DNA of 64,000 nt from a candidate division CPR3 bacterium 4484_211. Its GTDB lineage: Bacteria > Patescibacteriota > 4484-211. Made by a program: the position numbers and the translations under genes. The stretch is taken from assembly GCA_002084955.1 (NCBI GenBank), contig MZGJ01000004.1:3155-67154 (forward strand). The letters are read 5' to 3'. Under the pieces are notes generated by a model that was given only the letters and a program-made list of their open reading frames with translations, was not told the origin of the DNA and did no database searches. Below are positions 9,209-17,752 of the stretch, in pieces; within the stretch, counting starts at the first letter, position 1, and every line of letters begins with the position of its first letter.

Positions 9209-9763
9209 ATGCTTGACAAGGGAATTAATCTTTTACCTCAGGATATTCAGGAAACGGAGCGTCAGCGCTTGGCGCTCCGTAAGACGAGCATTTTGGGGGC
9301 GGGTGTTTTGGCGGTGACCGCGGGACTGGTTCTTTTAGTGTTCTCTTATCGCAACCGGGTGGAAGAGAGTTGGTTTTCACTGCGGGAAGAGATTGCTGCC
9401 AAAGAGGCGGTAATTAATCAGGAAGAAAACCGTCGCCTGGAAGCTAAACTGGTTGTTGTTAGAAGTAAAATTGATAATCTAAAGAGCTACTTTGATAAGC
9501 AGACAGACTTTGCCTCTTTTTTGGAGGTTTTTTTTACCAAAATTCCGTCTGGTGTGGAAATGGTTGCCTTAAGTGAAACAGACCTGCCTGATGGTCAATG
9601 GGAATTTTCCGGAGTGGCTGATAGCTTGGATAGACTGGAAGTGTTTGTTGATAATTTGAAGTCTTGGGATAAAGTAGGTGAGGTAGAGGTCAAAAGTTTG
9701 TCATATAAGGTGGAGAAAAGCTCAATGCCCTTTGAATTGATTATCACAAGAAAGGATAGTTAA
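9209..9763 (+). CDS. pilN: PilN-like protein
   Basis: INLLP motif, TM, coiled coil, ferredoxin-like C-terminus; follows pilM. Confidence 0.8.
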   Translation: MLDKGINLLPQDIQETERQRLALRKTSILGAGVLAVTAGLVLLVFSYRNRVEESWFSLREEIAAKEAVINQEENRRLEAKLVVVRSKIDNLKSYFDKQTDFASFLEVFFTKIPSGVEMVALSETDLPDGQWEFSGVADSLDRLEVFVDNLKSWDKVGEVEVKSLSYKVEKSSMPFELIITRKDS

Positions 9764-9895
9764 GTTAATTGATTTCTGATGTCTGCTTGGGCTGTTGATG
9801 CCGACCTTAAAACGGAACATTCCCGTTTGAGTTTTAAGCGGGCAGACTAGCTTGTTTTGGGTTGGTTATAGAAGCGCAGGTAATTGAAGATTTCT

Positions 9896-10579
9896 ATGCG
9901 GACCTTTAGATTTAAGCAGTCTCCTAAACTTCTTTTGTTTTTTTGCGTCTTCACTATGGTAGTGGTTATTTTCTTTATTGTTTATCCTTGGGTTAAGGAA
10001 ATTGTCTCTATGCGGGCTGATATGGTGAAGGAGAGAGCTTTATTGGAACAAAAGCTTATTCCCAAGGAGAAGGCTCTCCAATCGTTAAATGAAGAAGATT
10101 TAGACAAGATGATTTTACAGTTGGAAGAAGCTTTGCCGTCTTTCCCTTATGAAGTTACGGCCCTGTCCGTACTTGAGTCAATTGCCGTCGCCTCTGGGGT
10201 GAACTTGGGTGGTCTAAATGCCGCGGTGGCGGGTACTGGTTCGGTTGCCGGGGTGGATGCGGTTGTTGTGCCGTTGTTAGCAGACGCGGACAGATCGCAT
10301 TTGGTTGCCTTTTTAAAAAATCTTGATCGGGCTAAAAGAGTTTTGGCTCTTGAGCAGATATCGTTGGAGACGGATGGAGCAGTACTTCATATGACGGCAC
10401 AGGCGCTTGCTCCTTATTGTGAAGTTCCAGGTGAGTTGGGTCGGGTGGAGGATCCCCTGCCTCAATTGACCGCCGCTGACGAGGAGGTTTTGAATAAGGT
10501 TTCTCAACTAAATCTTTACGGGGTTTCTTTATCCAGGGAAGGACAGCAGGTTCCCGCCGGGAAAGAAAATCCTTTCTAA
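9896..10579 (+). CDS. pilO: PilO-like protein
   Basis: N-terminal TM, coiled coil, ALP...L..L..IA..SGV, FL..L...R, C-terminal GKENPF; follows pilN. Confidence 0.7.
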   Translation: MRTFRFKQSPKLLLFFCVFTMVVVIFFIVYPWVKEIVSMRADMVKERALLEQKLIPKEKALQSLNEEDLDKMILQLEEALPSFPYEVTALSVLESIAVASGVNLGGLNAAVAGTGSVAGVDAVVVPLLADADRSHLVAFLKNLDRAKRVLALEQISLETDGAVLHMTAQALAPYCEVPGELGRVEDPLPQLTAADEEVLNKVSQLNLYGVSLSREGQQVPAGKENPF

Positions 10580-10827
10580 TCTTTCTCTTCGGCCTCTTTT
10601 ACGTTAAGGAGGATGCGTTTTTTCTCCTGAAGGGCGATCACGTTTAAAAGATTACGGATGGATTTAACTGTCTTACCTCCCTTGCCGATAACCAGGGCGA
10701 TGTCCTCGGGGTGAATTTTAGCCGTAAAGGTGACCACATTTCCCTCTTCACTTTCCTCTTTTTGGATGTCTATGGAGTCGGGGTGTTTAACGATGTGTTG
10801 TAGGATAAATTCAAGTAGTTCCTGCAC
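10576..10827 (-). CDS. khpA: KH-domain RNA-binding protein KhpA
   Basis: VIGKGGKTVKSIR (GxxG loop); located downstream of rpsP. Confidence 0.88.
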   Translation of the reverse strand: MQELLEFILQHIVKHPDSIDIQKEESEEGNVVTFTAKIHPEDIALVIGKGGKTVKSIRNLLNVIALQEKKRILLNVKEAEEKD

Positions 10828-10914
10828 CGTGATTATGATATTAATATACTATTGTTCTTCAGTTCTTATTATCAGTATTTATTCGAATCATTAGTAGGCA
10901 TTCGTCCATTGGTG

Positions 10915-11142
10915 TCATATTGCCAAGATTTTTCTTACGCCCTCACTCATCTGTGCTCCCTTACCTGTCCAGTATTCAAGACGATCCTTTTTGTATTCTA
11001 GGCGGGGCGGGTTTATCTGAGGGTTGTAATGCCCGATGGTCTCTAAACAGCGCCCGTCGCGTTTGCGGCGTGCGTCAATTACAACTATACGGTAAGAGGC
11101 GTAATGTTTTCGTCCTGTGCGGGACAGACGGATTTTAAGCAT
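10915..11142 (-). CDS. rpsP: 30S ribosomal protein S16
   Basis: MLKIRLSRTGRKH..YRIVV.D.R.KRDG..LE.IG.YNP; start at ATG 11142. Confidence 0.97.
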   Translation of the reverse strand: MLKIRLSRTGRKHYASYRIVVIDARRKRDGRCLETIGHYNPQINPPRLEYKKDRLEYWTGKGAQMSEGVRKILAI

Positions 11143-11152
11143 GTAGTGAATT

Positions 11153-11845
11153 CTATAATTTCTCCTCCCATTTTTCAAGTGCGTCTTTGGCGGCCTGGAT
11201 TTCAGCCTGTTGTTTACTGTTCCCCTCTCCAACTCCCATTAGTTTTTTGCCGCAGAAAACCGCCGCCTTAAAGTGCTTGGCATGGTCGGGACCCCATTCG
11301 TCGATTATCTTATAGGTTGGAGTAATTGACAAGGATTCTTGAGTTATTTCCTGGAGGTGTGATTTGGCGTCTTTATAAAGTTTTTGAGCGATAATGGTTT
11401 CTAGACGCGGGAGCAGGAATTTTTTAACAATTTCTGTGCATTTTTTAAGGCCGCTTTCCAGATAGCAGGCGCCCAGTAAAGCCTCAAAGGTATTGGCCAG
11501 AAGGTGCTCGGATTGTCTGCCGCCGCCTTCTTCTTCCCCCTTGGACAGGAGCAAATACTCTCCAAGTTTGAGTTCGGCGGCAGTCTGCGCTAGAACCCGG
11601 GTATTTACAATTGAGGAGCGGTAGTTGGTGAGTGTACCTTCGGGCTCGTCGGGATATTTGCGGAATAAATAGTCGGAGACAATTAGCTCCAAACAGGCAT
11701 CACCGAGAAATTCCAGTCTCTCATTGGATCCGAGATGGAAATCACGGTGCTCGTTAAGATATGAGCGATGAACAAATGCGTTGAGGAGCAGATCCTTATT
11801 TTTAAACTTTAGATTAATTTTTGATTCCAGTTCTAAGAGATTCAC
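11153..11845 (-). CDS. rnc: Ribonuclease III
   Basis: NERLEFLGDA signature and C-terminal dsRBD. Confidence 0.97.
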   Translation of the reverse strand: MNLLELESKINLKFKNKDLLLNAFVHRSYLNEHRDFHLGSNERLEFLGDACLELIVSDYLFRKYPDEPEGTLTNYRSSIVNTRVLAQTAAELKLGEYLLLSKGEEEGGGRQSEHLLANTFEALLGACYLESGLKKCTEIVKKFLLPRLETIIAQKLYKDAKSHLQEITQESLSITPTYKIIDEWGPDHAKHFKAAVFCGKKLMGVGEGNSKQQAEIQAAKDALEKWEEKL

Positions 11846-11957
11846 GGAGATATTTTACTATCTAACATTTTGTCATTTGGCACTTCATAAGTACTTTATG
11901 GGTAGGTCATAAAAATGACAAATGGTCAAATGATAAATAGATGGATGGATATATTTT

Positions 11958-12437
11958 TCATTTTTCTTCCCCCATCTTTTCTACTATTGTCCCCAATACC
12001 CCGTTGATAAACTTGGAGCTGTTCGCGCCGCCGAATTCCTTGCCCAATTCTACAGCTTCGTCTATAACAACTTTGCGGGGAGGTGCTTTTTCTTGGGTGA
12101 GCTCTGATAAGGCCATTCTTAGTACGGTTAAATCCACAATGGCAATTTGGTCCAGCGGCCACTCCGGAGCCGCCTGCCCAATGATTTTGTCAAAATGGCG
12201 ATGGTATTTTATGACCTGATGGATAATTTTCTTGGCCAAATCTGCATCTAGGACATTTCCCGGCTGTTGACGAAAATCTGCGATCTGTGTCTTATAGACC
12301 AGCCGTGCCTCTTTTACTAGGCTTCTTTTTTCTTCTTTGCTCAGCTTTTTCTTTAGTTTGTAATTACTGGCCCAGGCAAAAAGCACTTTTAGGGCCAGTT
12401 GGCGTGCTCTATGGCGGGGATCTGTTGATTTTTTCAT
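11958..12437 (-). CDS. nusB: Transcription antitermination factor NusB
   Basis: RHRARQLAL, W...I..VD..VLR, VVIDEAVELGKEFG..S.KFINGVLG. Confidence 0.95.
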   Translation of the reverse strand: MKKSTDPRHRARQLALKVLFAWASNYKLKKKLSKEEKRSLVKEARLVYKTQIADFRQQPGNVLDADLAKKIIHQVIKYHRHFDKIIGQAAPEWPLDQIAIVDLTVLRMALSELTQEKAPPRKVVIDEAVELGKEFGGANSSKFINGVLGTIVEKMGEEK

Positions 12438-12629
12438 AATTGCACAGTTGCATAGTTGAACTCTTAAATGCTTCAGCTATGGCCGCATTTGCTTTTGGGT
12501 TTGATTGCAGCAGCAGATTCTTGCCGTGTGCCGAATGGTACTGCGGCTAGTCCGCAATCTTAAGCGCGCAGTAGGCCTGTAATTCAGTGATTAAAATAGG
12601 AGCCGCTTCTTGAAAAGGGCGAATTCGTG

Positions 12630-12806
12630 AAATGTCAAATTAAAAATGCCAAATGCCAAACCAAATCCAAATGACAAATCTTAAACAAGGACCAAATCAC
12701 AATTTCTAAACTCTAAATACGGGAAAGTTTTGATTATTTAAATTCTGAATTCTGAATCCTGAATTTAGAATTTGTTTGTAATTTGGTGCTTGGTCATTTA
12801 TGATCT
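12630..12806. repeat. Heptamer-repeat hairpin element, both arms
   Basis: AAATGCC/AAATGAC/CAAATCC-type 7-mers in the left arm and complementary TTTAGAA/TTTGGTG units in the right arm; the first 50 nt are nearly identical to the reverse complement of 61325-61375. Confidence 0.8.
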
Positions 12807-12844
12807 CTCCTTACTTCAGCTATGCGGCTTATGTAGCCAGGTAG

Positions 12845-13045
12845 CTATGTTTTATCCTCTTGCTTGGTCTTTACTGCCTGTTTTCCCTTGTAAAAACCAC
12901 AGTGTGGGCAGACTCGGTGGGGTAATTTCAATTTGTGACAGTTCGGGCACTCCGTATACAACTCTCGCTTCTGCTTTTTTCTCCAAGCGGATCTTCGGGT
13001 GCGAGTGCGGTGTTTGGATGGTTTCTTTTTTGGTACTGCTCCCAT
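12845..13045 (-). CDS. rpmF: 50S ribosomal protein L32 (Zn-binding form)
   Basis: AVPKKK.SK.R...RR, CPNC...KLPHRVCPHCG.YKG. Confidence 0.97.
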   Translation of the reverse strand: MGAVPKKKPSKHRTRTRRSAWRKKQKRELYTECPNCHKLKLPHRVCPHCGFYKGKQAVKTKQEDKT

Positions 13046-13225
13046 GAAGAAAAGCCCAAAGCTCAGAGCGCAGAGTCCAAGACTACAGTTTAAAGCTGGA
13101 AGCTTTACCGGTCTTCAGCCTTTCCCTGATAATTTTGCATTTTATGCTCTGTGTTTTGCGTCTAATAAATTCCGTTGTAATTCACTCTGATGTCAGTTGC
13201 CGTCATAGCTAGTCGCAATTTTAAT

Positions 13226-13765
13226 TCAAACTTTGACTTTTGTCAAAAAGGATACTCCGGTTATTCCATAATTTCTGGTCTCTTCAAGGTTTAGCCCGAT
13301 GAGGGGTGGAACCTTGGTATCCTTGTGGTGCAGGTAAACTACCAAACCGTTTAACTTTAATTTTTCCGGCATTTTAGCTAAGGTATGGGTTATATTCAGT
13401 TCATAAGGCGGATCGGCAAAAATAAGGTGGTATTGGTTGGGCGGGCAGGAAAGAAGAAAGTTGTCGGCACTCATCCGGTGTATTTTAGTTTTGCCGAGGA
13501 AGGTTGAGTATTTGGCGTTTTGTTTTATGGAGCGGCAGGCTTCAATGCTGATATCAACAAAATCCACCCAACAGGCGCCGCGGGAGAGCGCTTCCAGCCC
13601 CAGGGAACCGGATCCGGCGTAAAGGTCAAGCACGCGGGCATTTTTAACCGCCTCATTGATAATGCTAAAAATAGCCTGCCGAACCATTCCCTTGGTCGGA
13701 CGAAGGTCTGGGACCGGCGGAATATGTAGTTGCTGTCCTTTGGCAAGACCTGCAGTGATGCGCAC
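13226..13765 (-). CDS. rsmD: 16S rRNA m2G966 methyltransferase RsmD
   Basis: RITAG.AKG, RPT, LDLYAGSGSLGLEALSRGA, DPPY; GTG start at 13765. Confidence 0.93.
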   Translation of the reverse strand: MRITAGLAKGQQLHIPPVPDLRPTKGMVRQAIFSIINEAVKNARVLDLYAGSGSLGLEALSRGACWVDFVDISIEACRSIKQNAKYSTFLGKTKIHRMSADNFLLSCPPNQYHLIFADPPYELNITHTLAKMPEKLKLNGLVVYLHHKDTKVPPLIGLNLEETRNYGITGVSFLTKVKV

Positions 13766-13864
13766 GATTAAAGCGTAGAGCTTAAGGTTCAAAACTAAAA
13801 GTTACAGCGCAAAACTCAATGCGGTTGGCAGTGATCAAATGGTTCAGTTGCCTGATTAGTTTAA

Positions 13865-15943
13865 TCACTTTGGATTGTGATTTTGCGCTTTACACTTTAT
13901 CTGCCTATATTCTATCACAGCTTTTCTTGTTTTCTCGATCAATTCCAAATTTTCTAAACTGGCCAATTTTAGATCCCAGAAACCGTGTTGTTTAGTACCG
14001 AATAACTCACCGGGGCCGCGTATTTTAAGGTCAATTTCTGCCAATTTTAGTCCGCTTTCATATCTTTCCAGTGCTTTAAGACGTCTCTTGTGTTCTAAAG
14101 ATTTTTTGGAGGTAAAGAGGAGACAGTAGGCCTGTTGTCCTCTTCTGCCAATGCGGCCGCGCAGTTGATGTAAAGACGCCAGGCCAAAACGTTCTGCGGC
14201 CTCAATGACCATTATGTTGGCTCCGGGGATATCCAAGCCTACTTCCACCACCGGGGTGGATACGAGGATGTCAATTTTTCTTTGACGGAATTTGTTTAAA
14301 ACATCAGTCTTTTGGGCGCTTTTCTGCCGGCCGTGAATAAGCCCCAGCTTTAATTCTGGAAAAGTTTCCTTTTGCAGTTTTTGAAATTCTACGGTAGCCG
14401 CTTTGACCGACTGCAGGGTCTCGGCTTCGGATTCTTTGATTAAAGGGCAGATGATAAATGCCTGATGGTTGTGGGTTAAAATCTGTTCTTTAATCCAGGC
14501 CAGGGCGGCCTGACGTTTAAAAGAAGGAACAACCCAAGTCTTTACCGGTTTCCGGCCGGGAGGCATCTCGTCTAAGATGGATAGGTCTTGATCTCCATAC
14601 AAGGTTAGGGCTACAGATCTTGGTATTGGGGTGGCGGTTAGGCTTAAAATGTGCGGCAGGGCTATAGGGGCTGTTCCTTGCCGAGAAGGATTCCTGTTTA
14701 AAAAGTTTTCCTCCATTGCTTTTTTAACTAATTTGGCTCGTTGCTTTACCCCAAACCGGTGTTGTTCATCGATGATTACCAGTCCTACCTTGGAAAGTTG
14801 AGACTGGTCGTAGAGCAGGGCGTGTGTGCCGACAATGATATCGCCTAAATCTGACTTTAATTTGCCGGGTTTATGTGTACGAGTAAAGATTTGTATTTTT
14901 ATGGGTGCCTGGGAAAAAATTTCACTTAAAGTTTGATGATGCTGCTCGGCCAGAATTTCTGTAGGGGCCATAAAAACTGCCCGGAATCCGCTTAGGCAGG
15001 TAGCATAAGCGGCAATAGCCGCAACTACGGTTTTGCCCGAGCCGACATCTCCCTGTAAAAGTCGGTTCATGGGGGCTTTTTTTTGCAGGTCTTCTAAAAT
15101 TTCCTGACTGAGGCGTTTTTGGGCAGATGTAAGCTCAAAAGGAAGGGTACTGATAAGAGAGTTGATTTTATTTTTTGTTTGCCTAAGATCTAGTTGAAAG
15201 ATTGATTTTCTCTTTTCCCAGTTCTTCCGCCGAGCTAAAGTTTTTAATTGCAAATAAAAGAGTTCGTCAAAAGCTAGGCGGTAACGGGCTAGTTTCATTT
15301 GGCGGCGATTTTTGGGAAAGTGGATCCAGTAAAGTGCCTGGGGTAAAGAAAGGAGTTGAAATTTTTCCCTTAATTTATCGGGCAGGGGGTCTGTCAACAG
15401 TTTTGTTGAGGGTGACACCCCATTTATCCTATTTAAAACTGCTGCAATTCTTGATCTGAGCCATTTGGAGCTAATTCCTTCGGTTTCGGGGTAGATGGGA
15501 ATTAGTGCGCCCGTGTGGATTGTTTGCTTTGGCGGTTCCCCGGCAGGTTCAAATTGAGGGTTAATTAGGGTGAGTTGCTGGTTAAAAGGGTTTGTTTTCC
15601 CCGAGAAATGATATTCTTTGTTAATTTTTAGAGAGCGGGTGACCCAGGGCTGATTCCACCAAACTGCCTGAATAAAACCGGACTGATCTTTGATGAGGAC
15701 GGAAACAAAATGTTTCCCGGTCTTGGTGTGTTTTTGGGAAACTTGACTTACGGTTCCGGTTATTGTCACTTTCTCCCCTGCTCTCACCTGATTGATGGGT
15801 TTTATCTGTGAAAAATCTTCGTATCGACGAGGAAAATGGTAAAGTAGATCTTTAACAGTTCTAATTTCTAATTTTTCTAGCTTTTTGGCTTGGGCGGGGC
15901 CGATGAGGGGGATTTGGTCTACGGGATCAGAAAGTTTCAGCAT
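13865..15943 (-). CDS. recG: ATP-dependent DNA helicase RecG
   Basis: QGDVGSGKT, DEQHRFG, TATPIPR, QLRGRIGR. Confidence 0.97.
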   Translation of the reverse strand: MLKLSDPVDQIPLIGPAQAKKLEKLEIRTVKDLLYHFPRRYEDFSQIKPINQVRAGEKVTITGTVSQVSQKHTKTGKHFVSVLIKDQSGFIQAVWWNQPWVTRSLKINKEYHFSGKTNPFNQQLTLINPQFEPAGEPPKQTIHTGALIPIYPETEGISSKWLRSRIAAVLNRINGVSPSTKLLTDPLPDKLREKFQLLSLPQALYWIHFPKNRRQMKLARYRLAFDELFYLQLKTLARRKNWEKRKSIFQLDLRQTKNKINSLISTLPFELTSAQKRLSQEILEDLQKKAPMNRLLQGDVGSGKTVVAAIAAYATCLSGFRAVFMAPTEILAEQHHQTLSEIFSQAPIKIQIFTRTHKPGKLKSDLGDIIVGTHALLYDQSQLSKVGLVIIDEQHRFGVKQRAKLVKKAMEENFLNRNPSRQGTAPIALPHILSLTATPIPRSVALTLYGDQDLSILDEMPPGRKPVKTWVVPSFKRQAALAWIKEQILTHNHQAFIICPLIKESEAETLQSVKAATVEFQKLQKETFPELKLGLIHGRQKSAQKTDVLNKFRQRKIDILVSTPVVEVGLDIPGANIMVIEAAERFGLASLHQLRGRIGRRGQQAYCLLFTSKKSLEHKRRLKALERYESGLKLAEIDLKIRGPGELFGTKQHGFWDLKLASLENLELIEKTRKAVIEYRQIKCKAQNHNPK

Positions 15944-16073
15944 AATTCAATTTTAGCATATTCTCCATGAATTCCTGCCTAGCCGGCGGGCAGGCGTAGA
16001 TGGGGTAGCGGCAATGCCTCAGTGCGGCATTGGTGGTTGGAAGAAACTATTTGAAGATTCTGCCATCTTTTTT

Positions 16074-16175
16074 CTAGCGGGCAAATAAACTAATGAGCGG
16101 CAAAAGAACCATGGAAAGAAGGGTGATGAAGATAAGAATAGTCCATAATTTTTGGTATTGATGGAAAAACTGCAT
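16074..16175 (-). CDS. 33-aa single-TM small protein, absent from the ORF track
   Basis: ATG16175 to TAG translates as MQFFHQYQKLWTILIFITLLSMVLLPLISLFAR. Confidence 0.5.
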   Translation of the reverse strand: MQFFHQYQKLWTILIFITLLSMVLLPLISLFAR

Positions 16176-16286
16176 AGATCTTGAATTTATTTTATTTAAA
16201 TTAACCCGGATAGCCCAGTATAAATAAAATTATAGCCGGGATATAACTTTAAGATTAAGCTGTGAATCTCCCTCGATAGGGTCTCG

Positions 16287-16321
16287 ATAGGGTGACACCC
16301 TTTTCAAGGGTGTCACCCTAT
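16287..16321. repeat. REP-like doublet of the GGGTGACACCC family
   Basis: ATAGGGTGACACCCT-N5-AGGGTGTCACCCTAT; the same arms occur at 48271-48305 and a half copy lies inside recG. Confidence 0.8.
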
Positions 16322-16456
16322 TTGTGTTGATACTGAAAGCCATTCATTTGTCCCCTGACCGATGCCTTTCTGGATCATGCGTAATATTGGATTTGAGATT
16401 CTGCTCTTAAAAGCAAAATCTCAAACACGTTAGATCCTGCATGAAGCCGTTAACTA

Positions 16457-17668
16457 TTATGCCACTATTTTTACAAATTTCCTTTTGCCAACTTTAATTA
16501 CGGGCTTTTTGGTTGCATCTACGGTGAGTTCTGTGCTTGTTATTTTTTCTCCATTTACTTCTACTCCGCCCTGTTTAATTAGCCGCTTGGCTTCGGCTTT
16601 ACTGGAACAGAGATTGTAGACAGCCAGCAAATCTACGATATTGGTTTTATTTTTCTTAACTTTAATTATGGGAATTTCCTGAGGTATTTGGCCTTCTTGG
16701 ACCACTTTTTTAAAGAAAGCTTCGGCCTTTTCGGCTTCTTTTTCTCCGTGGTAAAATTTCGTTACCGTATAAGCGAGGAGTTTCTTTATTTCCATAGGGT
16801 TTTCTCCCTGATCCAACTGTTCTTGAAAATTGGAAATTTCTTCTTGCCCATAATCGGTGCACATCATGAGGTAGTTGATGATTAATTCGTCTTTTACAGA
16901 CATTAGTTTTCCGTACATATCTTTTGGTGAATCCCAAACATTAATGGTGTTGCCCAAACTTTTACTCATCTTGCGGCCGTCGGTACCCAAAAGCAAAGGA
17001 CAGGTGAAGACAAGTTTTTCTTTGTTTTTTAGCGATTTCATTAGGTTCCTGCCGGCAAGCATATTAAATGTTTGATCGGTTCCTCCAATTTCGGCGTCCA
17101 CATTCATGGCCACGGAGTCATATCCTTGCATCAACGGGTAAAAAAATTCGTGCAAGTAAATTGGCCTGTTTTGTTTAATTCTTTTTTGAAACATGTCGCG
17201 TTCAAGCATTTGTTGAACGGTAAAGTGTGAAGCCAGTTCAATTAAATCACCAAAGGCCAGTTTTGACAGCCAGGTGCTGTTAAATTTAATTTCGGCCGGA
17301 TTATCTCCTTTAAAGTCTATTAATATAGAGACTTGGTCTCTGTATGTTTGGGCATTTTTTTTAACTTCTTGGGGGGTCATTTGTACTCTGGCGGCCGTCT
17401 TATCGGTGGGGTCGCCGATCATGCCGGTGAAATCGCCGATCAGAAATATAACTTTGTGACCGAGGTTTTGAAATTCTCTTAGTTTACGTAAAACTACGGC
17501 GTGTCCGAGATGAATTTGCGGGCCGGAGGGATCAACGCCTATATAAATGGAAATTTGCTTGCCGCCAGTCAGCATTTTTTCGGCCGCCTCTTTTGATGGA
17601 TAGATGGAGTCGATGTTGTAAGATAGAAGATGGTCAAGTTGTTGTCGGGTTGGCTGTTTAATTCTCAC
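16457..17668 (-). CDS. tyrS: Tyrosine--tRNA ligase
   Basis: HLGH and KMSKS motifs, YPLMQGYD, GGTDQ, C-terminal S4 domain. Confidence 0.97.
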   Translation of the reverse strand: MRIKQPTRQQLDHLLSYNIDSIYPSKEAAEKMLTGGKQISIYIGVDPSGPQIHLGHAVVLRKLREFQNLGHKVIFLIGDFTGMIGDPTDKTAARVQMTPQEVKKNAQTYRDQVSILIDFKGDNPAEIKFNSTWLSKLAFGDLIELASHFTVQQMLERDMFQKRIKQNRPIYLHEFFYPLMQGYDSVAMNVDAEIGGTDQTFNMLAGRNLMKSLKNKEKLVFTCPLLLGTDGRKMSKSLGNTINVWDSPKDMYGKLMSVKDELIINYLMMCTDYGQEEISNFQEQLDQGENPMEIKKLLAYTVTKFYHGEKEAEKAEAFFKKVVQEGQIPQEIPIIKVKKNKTNIVDLLAVYNLCSSKAEAKRLIKQGGVEVNGEKITSTELTVDATKKPVIKVGKRKFVKIVA

Positions 17669-17752
17669 TGTAAAGATTATAGCGGTTAGATTTTAATAGG
17701 GCAAGTTGATTGTTTGAGAAACTTGTTTGGTCTTTGTATAATCTTAAGGACA

